Source: Megasphaera elsdenii DSM 20460 | Lineage (GTDB): Bacteria; Bacillota; Negativicutes; Veillonellales; Megasphaeraceae | DNA: 32,000 nucleotides | Reading direction: 5' to 3' | Assembly: GCF_003010495.1 (NCBI RefSeq) | Contig: NZ_CP027570.1 | Coordinates: 300,001 to 332,000, forward strand | Shown here: piece after piece, positions 17,149-25,753 of the stretch | How positions within the stretch are numbered: the stretch's first letter is position 1 | How the letters are laid out: every line of letters begins with the position of its first letter | Notes under the pieces: generated by a model | What the model was told of the DNA's origin: nothing | Databases searched by the model: none | What the model saw: only the letters and a program-made list of their open reading frames with translations | Made by a program: the position numbers and the translations under genes

Positions 17149-17283
17149 TCACTATCATGAATGACGGCCATTTTATTTTATCATGCCTGCCCGGCGCCCA
17201 GTATCTTTCCAAGGCCCATATAATGTAGTAAAATAGAGTTTGTCAATAGATTACTATGCTAAGCAATACAAGGAGGTCCCTTT

Positions 17284-18525
17284 ATGGCTCATGTAAATGA
17301 AAACTACTTAAAACTCCCCGGCAACTATCTTTTTGCAACCATTGCAAAAAAAGTTGAAGCTTATTCCAAAGCACATCCGGAAGCGAATATCATCCGCCTC
17401 GGCATCGGCGACGTCACCCGTCCCCTGGCCCCGGCTATCATCGACGCCATGCACAAGGCCGTCGACGAAATGGGCAAAGCCGAAACCTTCCGCGGCTACG
17501 GTCCGGAACAGGGCTATGACTTCCTCCGTCAGGCTATCATCGACGGCGACTACAAGACGCGCGGCATCGACCTCGATCTGGACGAAGTCTTCGTCGGCGA
17601 TGGCGCCAAGACCGATGTCGCCTGCATCCAGGAAATCTTCGGCGACGACCTGAAATTCGCCGTAGCCGACCCGGTATACCCGGTTTACCTCGACTCCAAC
17701 GTCATGTTCGGCCATACCGGCGAATGGAACGCTGAAAAAGGCATCTACGACGGCGTCGTCTATCTCCCATGCACTCCGGAAAACGGCTTCAAAGCCGAAC
17801 CGCCGAAGGAAAAAGTCGACATCGTCTACCTCTGCAACCCGTCCAACCCGACCGGCACGGCCATGAGCAAGGAAGAATTGACCAACTGGGTCAAAGCCGC
17901 CAAAGAAAACAACTTCATCATCATCTACGATTCGGCTTATGAAACGTACATCACCGAACCGGACGTTCCCCACAGCATCTTTGAAATCGAAGGCGCTAAA
18001 GAAGTAGCCATCGAACTCCGCTCCTACTCCAAGTGCGCCGGCTTCACGGGTACGCGCTGCTCCTATGTCGTCGTCCCCCATGCCTGCGTCGCTTACAAGA
18101 AAGACGGCACGGCTGTCGAACTCAATCCCTTGTGGAACCGCCGTCAGTGCACCTTCTTCAACGGCACGCCGTACATCGTCCAGCGCGCAGCTGAAGCTTA
18201 CTACAGCCCGGAAGGCCAGAAACAGTGCCTGGCTGACGTCGAATACTACATGGAAAACGCCCACATCATCCGCGACGGCCTGACCGAAGCCGGCTTCACC
18301 GTCTACGGCGCTACCAACTCGCCGTACGCCTGGGTACAGACGCCGAACGGCATGAAGAGCTGGGATTTCTTCGACCTGCTCCTGGAAAAAGCCCACGTCG
18401 TCACGACACCGGGTTCGGGCTTTGGCCCCCACGGCGAAGGCTATCTCCGCCTGACCGCTTTCGGCACCAAAGAAAACACCGTCGAAGCTGTCAAACGCAT
18501 TGCTGATTTAAAATTATTCAAATAA
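17284..18525 (+). CDS. dapL: LL-diaminopimelate aminotransferase
   Basis: 413 aa. SD AAGGAGG. N-terminus VNENYLKLPGNYLFATIAKKV, IRLGIGDVTRPL, and the PLP-Lys context SYSKCAGFTGTRC are typical of DapL. Confidence 0.88.
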   Translation: MAHVNENYLKLPGNYLFATIAKKVEAYSKAHPEANIIRLGIGDVTRPLAPAIIDAMHKAVDEMGKAETFRGYGPEQGYDFLRQAIIDGDYKTRGIDLDLDEVFVGDGAKTDVACIQEIFGDDLKFAVADPVYPVYLDSNVMFGHTGEWNAEKGIYDGVVYLPCTPENGFKAEPPKEKVDIVYLCNPSNPTGTAMSKEELTNWVKAAKENNFIIIYDSAYETYITEPDVPHSIFEIEGAKEVAIELRSYSKCAGFTGTRCSYVVVPHACVAYKKDGTAVELNPLWNRRQCTFFNGTPYIVQRAAEAYYSPEGQKQCLADVEYYMENAHIIRDGLTEAGFTVYGATNSPYAWVQTPNGMKSWDFFDLLLEKAHVVTTPGSGFGPHGEGYLRLTAFGTKENTVEAVKRIADLKLFK

Positions 18526-18539
18526 AGGTGGTTTAACCA

Positions 18540-19646
18540 TTGAGTACCAATCTGGAAGTAGGCATCGTCGGCCTGCCGAATGTCGGTAAGAGCACGCTGT
18601 TCAACGCGATTACCAAGGCCGGCGCAGAAGCGGCAAACTATCCCTTCTGCACGATTGAACCGAATGTCGGTGTCGTAGAAGTCCCGGATAAACGCATCCA
18701 GGTCCTGACCGACATGTACAAACCGAAAAAAACAATTCCCGCTGTCATGCGCTTCGTCGATATCGCCGGCCTCGTCGCCGGTGCCTCCAAGGGCGAAGGC
18801 CTGGGCAACAAGTTCCTCAGCCACATCCGTGAAACCGATGCCATCGCTGAAGTCGTCCGCTGCTTCGAAGACTCGAACATCACCCACGTCGACGGCTCCA
18901 TCGACCCGATCCGCGACATCGAAACAATCAATACGGAACTGTGCCTGGCCGACCTGGAATCGGCCCAGAAACGGGCGGACCGCATCGCCAAAGTCGCTCA
19001 GTGTGGCGACAAGGACGCCAAAGTCGAATACGCCGTCCTGAAAAAAGTCCTGGCCTGCCTGGAAAACGGCGACCCGGCCCGCAAAGCCGGCCTGACAAAA
19101 GATGAACTGCCGCAGGTCAAAGAACTCAACCTCCTGACCTTGAAGCCGATCATCTACATCGCCAACGTCGCAGAAGACGAAGCAGGCAATCCCGACGCCA
19201 ACCCCAACGTCAAACGCGTCGAAGAATACGCCGCCAAGGAAGGCGCTCAGGTCGTCGCCGTCTCGGCCAAGATTGAAGCCGAAATCGCCGAACTGCCGGA
19301 CGACGAAGCCGAAGTCTTCCTGGAAGAACTGGGCCTGCCCGAATCGGGCCTGGACAAGCTGATCAAAGCCAGCTATTCCCTGTTGGGTCTGATCAACTTC
19401 TTCACGGCCGGATCTGACGAAGTCCGCGCCTGGACCATCGTCAACGGCACGAAAGCCCAGAAAGCAGCCGGTAAGATCCACACCGACATCGAACGCGGCT
19501 TCATCCGCGCCGAAATCGTTTCCTACGACGACCTCATCGCCTGCGGCAGCGAACAAACTGCCAAAGAAAAAGGCCTTGTCCGTCTGGAAGGGAAAGATTA
19601 CGTCATGCAAGACGGAGACGTCACATACTTCCGCTTTAATGTATAG
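18540..19646 (+). CDS. ychF: Ribosome-binding ATPase YchF
   Basis: TTG start with SD AAAGGTGG. G1 motif [16 protein letters not shown], then [14 protein letters not shown]-terminal TGS-like region [13 protein letters not shown]. Confidence 0.93.
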   Translation: MSTNLEVGIVGLPNVGKSTLFNAITKAGAEAANYPFCTIEPNVGVVEVPDKRIQVLTDMYKPKKTIPAVMRFVDIAGLVAGASKGEGLGNKFLSHIRETDAIAEVVRCFEDSNITHVDGSIDPIRDIETINTELCLADLESAQKRADRIAKVAQCGDKDAKVEYAVLKKVLACLENGDPARKAGLTKDELPQVKELNLLTLKPIIYIANVAEDEAGNPDANPNVKRVEEYAAKEGAQVVAVSAKIEAEIAELPDDEAEVFLEELGLPESGLDKLIKASYSLLGLINFFTAGSDEVRAWTIVNGTKAQKAAGKIHTDIERGFIRAEIVSYDDLIACGSEQTAKEKGLVRLEGKDYVMQDGDVTYFRFNV

Positions 19647-19647
19647 G

Positions 19648-19666
19648 AAAAAAAGGGGCTGTAACA
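19648..19666 (+). terminator. Left half of the ychF terminator hairpin, apparently split by an IS insertion
   Basis: A7 followed by GGGGCTGTAACA. The exact reverse complement TGTTACAGCCCC followed by T5 lies at 21525-21541. Confidence 0.5.
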
Positions 19667-19685
19667 GAATAGCCTCATCTAAAAA

Positions 19686-19716
19686 ATGGACTCAGTTATC
19701 TGAGCCCATTTTTTTT
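19686..19716 (+). terminator. Intrinsic terminator inside the IS left end, facing inward
   Basis: ATGGACTCAG-ttat-CTGAGCCCAT followed by T8 (19709-19716). A second hairpin, AGAGGCCC-caaa-GGGCCTCT, lies at 19724-19743. Confidence 0.65.
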
Positions 19717-19747
19717 AAGCAAAAGAGGCCCCAAAGGGCCTCTTTGC

Positions 19748-19756
19748 TGGTATAAT
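19748..19756 (+). promoter_or_regulatory. Extended -10 promoter (TGgTATAAT) of the transposase gene
   Basis: The hexamer ends 7 nt before the A of the ATG at 19763. No SD lies between them, which implies a leaderless mRNA. Confidence 0.45.
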
Positions 19757-19762
19757 TATTGT

Positions 19763-21382
19763 ATGCCAAACAAAATCAACCACGTAAAGTATACCAAAAC
19801 TTACACTCCGAGGCAACTCGTTTTGCCATTGGATTATGGCATTTCACTAGAACAAGATCGGTTGGTTTGTATCGTAGATGCATTATTAGAAAGGTTGGAT
19901 TATTCAGCATTACAGCATCTCTACTCTGTTAAAGGCAGAAATCCTAAGGTACCGCCCAAGATCTTGTTCAAAGTGAGGGTCTTTGCTGCAGCCCAGGGCG
20001 TATATTCCCTGCGCAGTATCAGCGAACAATGCCGTGTCAATATAGAATATATGTGGTTGCTGGAAGGGTATCCGGCTCCCAGCCACATGACGTTTGGCCG
20101 TTTCTTTCACCGGATTCCCATAGAAGTGCTCCGCCATTTGTTTGCCCAGTTTGTGCATCAACTGTCTTTGCTGGATTCCGTAGATTTTACAGAATGGTAT
20201 ATTGATGGGACCAAGATGGAAGCCAACGCGAACCGCTATACGTTTGTCTGGCGCAAGCGAGTGGAAAAAGGGATCGCTAAGCTAAAGGAAAAACGGCGGC
20301 AAATCCAGGAACAGATGCTAGCTTTCACGGGCATGGATACCTGTACACTGGATGACGATGAATTACTCCGGTCTGCCGCAGACGTATGCCAAGGAAACGG
20401 CATCACATTCGTGCAAGGGTCTGGCCACCGAAAAACAGTCGAACAAAAACTATTTGAAGAAGTGGCAGCCATCCGGGAGAAACAGCAAGAATATGATGCC
20501 CACCTGACCATACTGGGCACACGGAACAGTTATTCCAAGACCGATCCCGATGCTACATTTATGCGCATGAAAGAAGACCACATGAAAAACGGGCAGCTGA
20601 AGCCGGCCTACAATCTTCAGTTAGCCGTACAGTCTGAATATATTATCGGACTGGGTCTATTCCCGAATCCAACAGATACCCGGACCTTGATCCCGTTTTT
20701 GACGGCATTGGAATCAGAGTATGGAAGACTGGCAGATCATATCGTGGCGGATGCCGGATATGACAGTGAAGAGAATATGGACTGGATAGAAAAGAAAGGA
20801 AGCACGGTATGCATCAAGCCACGGGAGTATGAATACCGGAAGACGTCTGCCTTCAAGAAAAAAATCGGGCACCGAAGCAATATGGCCTATGACGCAGACA
20901 GCGATACCTATACCTGTGCCAAAGGAAGGAAGCTGCATTTCATAACGGAAAAAAAGCAGCGCGATAGGGCCAGCGGATATGAACGGACCGTACGAATTTA
21001 CCAATGTGAAAACTGTCAGTATTGTGGAAAACGGAATCAATGCCAGCCGACCCGTACAGGAAAGAAACCAACACAGAATAAAATGGTACAGTACAATCCT
21101 TACTACCAATCCTTATTGGACAGGGACTACGACTTCATTCATAGTGAAAAAGGAATCCAGTTGCGGATTAACCGCTCCATACAGATAGAAGGGGCGTTTG
21201 GAACAGTAAAGGGAAACTACGAATACCGCCGAGTGAGACATAAGGGAAAAGAAAGTGTAGAAAAGGAACTGTTGTTCATGGCATTCGGCTTTAATCTGAG
21301 AAAATACCGAAGTCGCCGGGATACGGACCGATTACAACAACACTATTTAGAAAAAGAAGAAACACATACAGTAGCCTGCTAA
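19763..21382 (+). CDS. IS1182-family DDE transposase
   Basis: The N-terminal region (GRNPKVPPKILFKVRVFAAAQGVYSLRSISEQC...MWLLEG) looks like a DUF772-type transposase N-terminus. It also has YIDGTKMEANAN, ADAGYDSEEN, a Cys-rich insert CAKG...CENCQYCGKRNQC, and a C-terminal GAFGTVKGNYEYRRVRHKG...LLFMAFGFNLRKY. Confidence 0.8.
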   Translation: MPNKINHVKYTKTYTPRQLVLPLDYGISLEQDRLVCIVDALLERLDYSALQHLYSVKGRNPKVPPKILFKVRVFAAAQGVYSLRSISEQCRVNIEYMWLLEGYPAPSHMTFGRFFHRIPIEVLRHLFAQFVHQLSLLDSVDFTEWYIDGTKMEANANRYTFVWRKRVEKGIAKLKEKRRQIQEQMLAFTGMDTCTLDDDELLRSAADVCQGNGITFVQGSGHRKTVEQKLFEEVAAIREKQQEYDAHLTILGTRNSYSKTDPDATFMRMKEDHMKNGQLKPAYNLQLAVQSEYIIGLGLFPNPTDTRTLIPFLTALESEYGRLADHIVADAGYDSEENMDWIEKKGSTVCIKPREYEYRKTSAFKKKIGHRSNMAYDADSDTYTCAKGRKLHFITEKKQRDRASGYERTVRIYQCENCQYCGKRNQCQPTRTGKKPTQNKMVQYNPYYQSLLDRDYDFIHSEKGIQLRINRSIQIEGAFGTVKGNYEYRRVRHKGKESVEKELLFMAFGFNLRKYRSRRDTDRLQQHYLEKEETHTVAC

Positions 21383-21524
21383 AAAAAGAAAAAACAGCAA
21401 GGCTTATTAAAGTACGCCTAAAAACAGATAGCTGGCATTTTTCACGAAAATGAAAAATGCCAGCTATTGTGTTAGTTATGGGAAAGAAAGAAGACTGCAA
21501 CAAAATGAGCTAAAAAGCTCATTT

Positions 21525-21541
21525 TGTTACAGCCCCTTTTT
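21525..21541 (+). terminator. Right half of the split ychF terminator hairpin
   Basis: TGTTACAGCCCC plus T5, followed directly by a heptamer array. The intact terminator/array junctions at 8870, 11338 and 16302 show the same layout. Confidence 0.5.
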
Positions 21542-21543
21542 AA

Positions 21544-21634
21544 GTGGTTAGTGGCTAGCAGTTAGGGGTTAGCGGATGGGTTTTAAATTTAAAAACCATC
21601 TGCTACAAACTACAAACTCCGTACTACAAACTAG
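21544..21634. repeat. Intergenic modular repeat, copy R4 (compact, nearly palindromic)
   Basis: GTGGTTA GTGGCTA GCAGTTA GGGGTTA, then GCGGATGG, then GTTTTAAATTTAAAAA, then CCATCTGC, then TACAAAC TACAAAC TCCGTAC TACAAAC TAG. Confidence 0.8.
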
Positions 21635-21869
21635 TATCGTCCTCCCGATGTTTTGGGCGTGGTTCCCGTTCATCTGTCAATCCGGCAATGTAATCGAGTG
21701 AGGTGTGGTACAGCCTTGCCAGCTGGATCAACTTTTCTACGGGGATCTTCCGTTTCCCCAATTCATACATGCCGTATCCAACTTGTGAACACTTCAAGAT
21801 TTTTGCCACGTCGGCCTGAGAAAGCCTTGCTTCCAACCGAAGCGTCTTTAAGCGGCTGTAGTATTTCAT
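21624..21869 (-). CDS. XRE-family helix-turn-helix transcriptional regulator (orphan)
   Basis: HTH region LSQADVAKILKCSQVGYGMYELGKRKIPVEKLIQLARLY. I prefer the second ATG (21869), which has AGGTGA 4 nt upstream. The track start is 21887. Confidence 0.8.
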   Translation of the reverse strand: MKYYSRLKTLRLEARLSQADVAKILKCSQVGYGMYELGKRKIPVEKLIQLARLYHTSLDYIAGLTDEREPRPKHREDDTSL

Positions 21870-21951
21870 GTCATCACCTGTTTTCATAGATCTAGGACTA
21901 TAATAAGTACATTAGTAAATTCCTTGATTCTATTATAGTAAATATATAAAA

Positions 21952-21990
21952 AGACGGCAACGATTATTATGAATATAATCGTTGCCGTCT
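21952..21990 (-). terminator. Intrinsic terminator of the FAD-oxidase gene
   Basis: Perfect 16-bp stem AGACGGCAACGATTAT / ATAATCGTTGCCGTCT, with a T-rich tract on the minus strand. Confidence 0.8.
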
Positions 21991-22020
21991 TTGCAATTTG
22001 ACTTCCCCTCTATGAAATAA

Positions 22021-23430
22021 TTAGCCGATTTCTACTAATTTTCCAGGATTCATGATGTTATTCGGGTCCAAAGCCTTCTTGATGGCTTTAATGACGTTAA
22101 GTTCCGCCTGCGGTGTGCAAAGGGCAAATTCTTCTAATTTTTTATAGCCAATGCCGTGTTCACCGGACATCTTGCCGCCCAGGGCATAGACGCGCGGGAA
22201 GAGGTCGCGATGGAAGGCTTTGATCTTCTGGAACCATTCTTCCGGCGACAAGCCTTTGGCATTCAGAGGCAGGACGTGGATGTTACCATCGCCGATGTGA
22301 GCAACCGTGACGCAGTAGAGGTCGTATTTTTCGCGCAGTTCCGGAATCTGTTTGGTGATTTCCGGAATCTTGTCCAAGGGGACGACGAAGTCTTCCGTCT
22401 GGAACATCTTGTCAACGTCGCGGGCGGCTTCGGCGAACTGCTTGCGCAGAGTCCAAATCCGTTTATCCGCTTCAAATTCGTCGATCGAGCCGTTGGCTTC
22501 CGCCAAGTCGCAGAGCTGTTCCATCTTGCGGTCCGAGTCGTCTTCGCTGAACGATTCGACCGTGACGATGACGTAATCACAGCCTTCGTCGACATGAGGC
22601 ATTTTCATGTCCAGGAATTTGCAGGTCATGCGCAGGGCTTCATTGTCCATAAATTCGATGCTCGTCGGGTCGATGCCGGCTTTGAGGATCTTATTGGGCA
22701 GGGCAAAGGCTTCTTCATCGGTCTTGAAAACGCAGACCATATTGAAGGCATACGGCGGCATGGGACGGAGTTTGACCGTGACTTCCGTAATGATGCCCAG
22801 CGTGCCTTCGGAACCGGCAAAGAGCTGTTCCAGGCAGAGGCCGGTAGAACTCTTCTTGAGGCGGGCACCGGCGTCGAGGATGTCCCCTGTCGGCGTAACG
22901 ACTTTCAGGCTGTAGATCTGATGGCGCGTCGTGCCGTATTTAACGGCTTTATTGCCGCCGGCATTGTTGGCGACGTTGCCGCCGATCATGCTGCTGTCGG
23001 CACTGGACGGGTCCCCGGCATAGAGGAGGCCGTGTTTGGCAGCTTCACGCTGCAAGTCCCCAGTGATGACGCCAGTCTGGCAGACGGCATACATATTGTC
23101 GGCATCGAATTTGAGGATCTGATTCATCCGTTCCAATTCGACGACCATGCCGTGATAAACAGGAATAGCACCACAGGCAACACCGGAACCAGCCGAGCGC
23201 GGCGTAATCGGAACGAGGTACTTATTGGCCAATTTGACGATAGCGGCCACTTCTTCCGTCGAGCCCGGGAAGACGACGACTTCCGGTTTATGGAAATAAT
23301 GGGAGTTCCCTTCTTCGTCTGTCTGGTATCTTTCCAAATAATCTTCGTCCGTCTTGACGTATTTATCACCGACGACCTGACGTAATTCTGCTAATAATTC
23401 CGGCGTAACCGGGTTAAACTGTGCTGCCAT
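22021..23430 (-). CDS. FAD-binding oxidoreductase of the GlcD / D-lactate dehydrogenase family
   Basis: 469 aa. PCMH-type FAD-binding domain (VVFPGSTEEVAAIVKLANKYLVPITPRSAGSG, GDPSSADSSMIGGNVANNAGG). C-terminal FAD-oxidase_C region ending ALDPNNIMNPGK. Confidence 0.88.
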   Translation of the reverse strand: MAAQFNPVTPELLAELRQVVGDKYVKTDEDYLERYQTDEEGNSHYFHKPEVVVFPGSTEEVAAIVKLANKYLVPITPRSAGSGVACGAIPVYHGMVVELERMNQILKFDADNMYAVCQTGVITGDLQREAAKHGLLYAGDPSSADSSMIGGNVANNAGGNKAVKYGTTRHQIYSLKVVTPTGDILDAGARLKKSSTGLCLEQLFAGSEGTLGIITEVTVKLRPMPPYAFNMVCVFKTDEEAFALPNKILKAGIDPTSIEFMDNEALRMTCKFLDMKMPHVDEGCDYVIVTVESFSEDDSDRKMEQLCDLAEANGSIDEFEADKRIWTLRKQFAEAARDVDKMFQTEDFVVPLDKIPEITKQIPELREKYDLYCVTVAHIGDGNIHVLPLNAKGLSPEEWFQKIKAFHRDLFPRVYALGGKMSGEHGIGYKKLEEFALCTPQAELNVIKAIKKALDPNNIMNPGKLVEIG

Positions 23431-23513
23431 ATATAAACGCTTCCTTTCTATCGGAATCTTTCCGTATGCTTTAAAGATATAATAAGTTTATCCTCCGAAT
23501 GGGAGTTGAGCAT

Positions 23514-23541
23514 AGTATACCACGTAGCAGAAACTTGTAAA
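23514..23541 (-). promoter_or_regulatory. Candidate promoter of the FAD-oxidase gene
   Basis: On the minus strand: TTTACA (23541-23536), 16-nt spacer, TGgTATACT (23522-23514). Confidence 0.45.
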
Positions 23542-23589
23542 GCCCGTTTTCTTGACATTTTTAAAAAATGCATCAAGAAAACGGGCTTT
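23539..23589. terminator. Long hairpin downstream of the ABC-F gene
   Basis: Perfect 17-bp arms AAAGCCCGTTTTCTTGA / TCAAGAAAACGGGCTTT. The T-tract is better on the plus strand than on the minus strand. Confidence 0.55.
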
Positions 23590-23692
23590 TTGAAACCACA
23601 CATCGGGATGGATACGTAAAGTTTTACGTTTTACGCTATTTCCAATCCTAAAGTTTATATTTATTTTTCATATCTTCCATGCACGGACAGTT

Positions 23693-25615
23693 TTAAGACT
23701 CCGAAAGGGCTTCCCACTTTTCATAAGCCTCATCGAGCTGGGCCTGGGCCGCTTCATATTCCCGGGTCAATTCCATCATGGCGTCGGCATCGGTCTGGTT
23801 CTGGGGCATATTCATCTGCACTTCATACATCTTGATGGTCGCTTCCAGTTCAGCAATCTTCATCTCGATTTTTTCCAGCTTGGCCGCCTGGCCATAAGCC
23901 GGGGCCTTGGCCGGCGCTTTCACGGCCGGTGCCGGTTCCGCCTTCCTGGCTGCCGGAGCGGCCTCTTTTTCATGAGCCGGCGAGGAGCTCTGCCCTTCGG
24001 CTGCCGCCTTTTCTGCCGCTTCCTGGGCTTCACGGACCTTTTCCCGGTAATAACTGTAATTGCCGACGTATTCCGTGAGCTGCTTATGTTCCAGGACCAG
24101 CGTCCGCTGGGTAATCTTATCGAGGAAATAACGGTCATGGGATACGACGAGGTACGTCCCGCCGAAATCCAGCAAAGCCTGTTCCAGCACTTCCCTCGTC
24201 GGGATGTCGAGATGGTTCGTCGGTTCGTCGAGGATAAGGAAATTCGGCCCCTGCAGGAAAAGCTTCAATAGGGCCAGCCGGGCCTGTTCGCCGCCGCTGA
24301 GGCTGTCGATGACCTTGAAGACATCGTCGCCGCGGAACATGAAGCGCCCCAGGACGGACCGGGCTTCTTCTTCGCCATAACTGAAATCGTTCATGATTTC
24401 ATCGAGGACCGTCCAGGCCCCGTGCAAATCCGTGTGTTCCTGGGCAAAATAGCCGATATGGACGCGGCTGCCCAAGGTAATATGGCCGTCTGTCGGTTCC
24501 TTTTCGCCCATGATCATGCGGATGAGCGTCGTCTTCCCCGTCCCATTGGGGCCGATGAGGGAAGCCGCTTCGCCGCGGCGCAGGAGGAGCGATAAATGGT
24601 CGAACAACTGGCGGTCGGCAAAGCCGCCGCTGACCTTGTCCAGGACCAGGACTTTCTGGCCGCACTCTTCGACGGGCTTGAAATTGAAGTGCAGCGACTC
24701 ATCTTCGGGCTGCCATTCGATGCGTTCCAACCGGTCCAGCTGGGACTGGCGCCCGCGGGCCTGCTTGGCCTTGATGCCGGCTTTGTATTTGCGGATATAT
24801 TCTTCCGTTTCGTGGATGTGTTCCTGCTGCTTCTTATAGGCCTTTTCCAGGGCCTTCTGCTGCTGGGCATGCTGCTCGACGTAGCGCGAATAATTACCCT
24901 TATATTTCGTTATCTTACCGTGGGACAATTCCAAGATTCCCGTCGCCACGCGGTCCAGAAAATAGCGGTCATGAGAGACGATGAGGATGCCGCCGCCATA
25001 GGACAAGAGATAACTTTCCAGCCATTCCAGCATGTCCACGTCGAGATGGTTCGTCGGTTCATCAAGGAACAAATAATCCGGCCGGCGGACGAGGGCCTTA
25101 GCCAGGTTGATACGCGTCTTCTGGCCGCCGGAAAAGCTCTGTACCGGCCGGTCCATATCGGCTTCCGAAAAACCCAGGCCTTGGACGATTTTCCGCGACA
25201 TTGATTCGTATTCATAGCCGCCGAGCCACTCGAACCGTTCCTGCATGCGGGCATAGCGGTTCATCAAGCCTTCATCATCGGGATGGGCCTGCATGGCCTT
25301 TTCAACAGCCTTCAAATCCTTTTCCAGCTTCATGACATCCTGCCAGGCCTCGGTAATCGTCTGGCGCAAGGTCACATCGTCGGCGTAGGTGATATCCTGC
25401 TGCAAATAGCCGATGGATTCACCTTCCGAAACGACAAAGGCCCCGTTGTCGTAGTCCTCTTCGCCCATGAGGCACTTGAGCAGCGTCGACTTCCCGGCCC
25501 CATTGGCCCCGATGAGGCCGATCCGTTCGCCCCGGCGGATTTCAAAACTCACATCATGGAATACCGTATGCACTCCAAAAGACTTACTCAATTTCTGTAC
25601 TTTAATACTACCCAT
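23693..25615 (-). CDS. ABC-F family ATPase (Uup/YdiF-like, with a C-terminal coiled-coil extension)
   Basis: Two ABC cassettes: Walker A GANGAGKST and GPNGTGKTT, signatures FSGGQKTRINLAKAL and LSGGEQARLALLKL. There is no TM domain. It has a Lys/Arg-rich interdomain linker and an Ala/Glu-rich tail. Confidence 0.92.
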   Translation of the reverse strand: MGSIKVQKLSKSFGVHTVFHDVSFEIRRGERIGLIGANGAGKSTLLKCLMGEEDYDNGAFVVSEGESIGYLQQDITYADDVTLRQTITEAWQDVMKLEKDLKAVEKAMQAHPDDEGLMNRYARMQERFEWLGGYEYESMSRKIVQGLGFSEADMDRPVQSFSGGQKTRINLAKALVRRPDYLFLDEPTNHLDVDMLEWLESYLLSYGGGILIVSHDRYFLDRVATGILELSHGKITKYKGNYSRYVEQHAQQQKALEKAYKKQQEHIHETEEYIRKYKAGIKAKQARGRQSQLDRLERIEWQPEDESLHFNFKPVEECGQKVLVLDKVSGGFADRQLFDHLSLLLRRGEAASLIGPNGTGKTTLIRMIMGEKEPTDGHITLGSRVHIGYFAQEHTDLHGAWTVLDEIMNDFSYGEEEARSVLGRFMFRGDDVFKVIDSLSGGEQARLALLKLFLQGPNFLILDEPTNHLDIPTREVLEQALLDFGGTYLVVSHDRYFLDKITQRTLVLEHKQLTEYVGNYSYYREKVREAQEAAEKAAAEGQSSSPAHEKEAAPAARKAEPAPAVKAPAKAPAYGQAAKLEKIEMKIAELEATIKMYEVQMNMPQNQTDADAMMELTREYEAAQAQLDEAYEKWEALSES

Positions 25616-25650
25616 CTATACAATCCTGCCCTTCCTGGCATACTGACGAC

Positions 25651-25696
25651 AAAACAAAAAAAGAGCCGCCCGCGACTCCTATCTTGAGCGGCTACT
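25651..25696 (-). terminator. Terminator-like hairpin plus U-tract inside the ABC-F 5' leader (possible attenuator)
   Basis: Minus-strand RNA reads AGCCGC-(18-nt loop)-GCGGCU followed by CUUUUUUUGUUUUG, about 40 nt upstream of the start codon. Confidence 0.4.
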
Positions 25697-25753
25697 CCTG
25701 TAGCAATTCATGAAGGCCAACCGTCCCGCGGCAAGACCCCTTTTCACATATCT

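Larger units (their letters stand above)
19667..21524 (+). mobile_element. IS1182-family (IS5-related) insertion sequence, about 1.86 kb. The ends are approximate.
   Basis: A single 539-aa DDE transposase gene is bracketed by the two halves of a terminator-like palindrome. The inner ends are weakly inverted (GAATAGCCTCAT vs AAATGAGCT...). No unambiguous target duplication is visible. Confidence 0.65.

Noticed and set aside
17065-17283. Lysine riboswitch or other leader upstream of dapL
   Set aside because: I saw no L-box-like conserved core or extended pairing. The spacer is AT-rich promoter-type sequence shared with the divergent flavodoxin gene.
21558-21580. Telomere-like / G-quadruplex reading of GCAGTTAGGGGTTAGCGGATGGG
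   Set aside because: Only short GG runs with irregular loops are present, and the resemblance to TTAGGG is confined to one or two units. This is not enough to support a G4 or telomere-type function without biophysical data.
21624-21887. XRE regulator as half of a toxin-antitoxin or phage module
   Set aside because: There is no partner ORF on either side. The flanks are a repeat element, an IS and a terminator, and no other phage-like genes are present.
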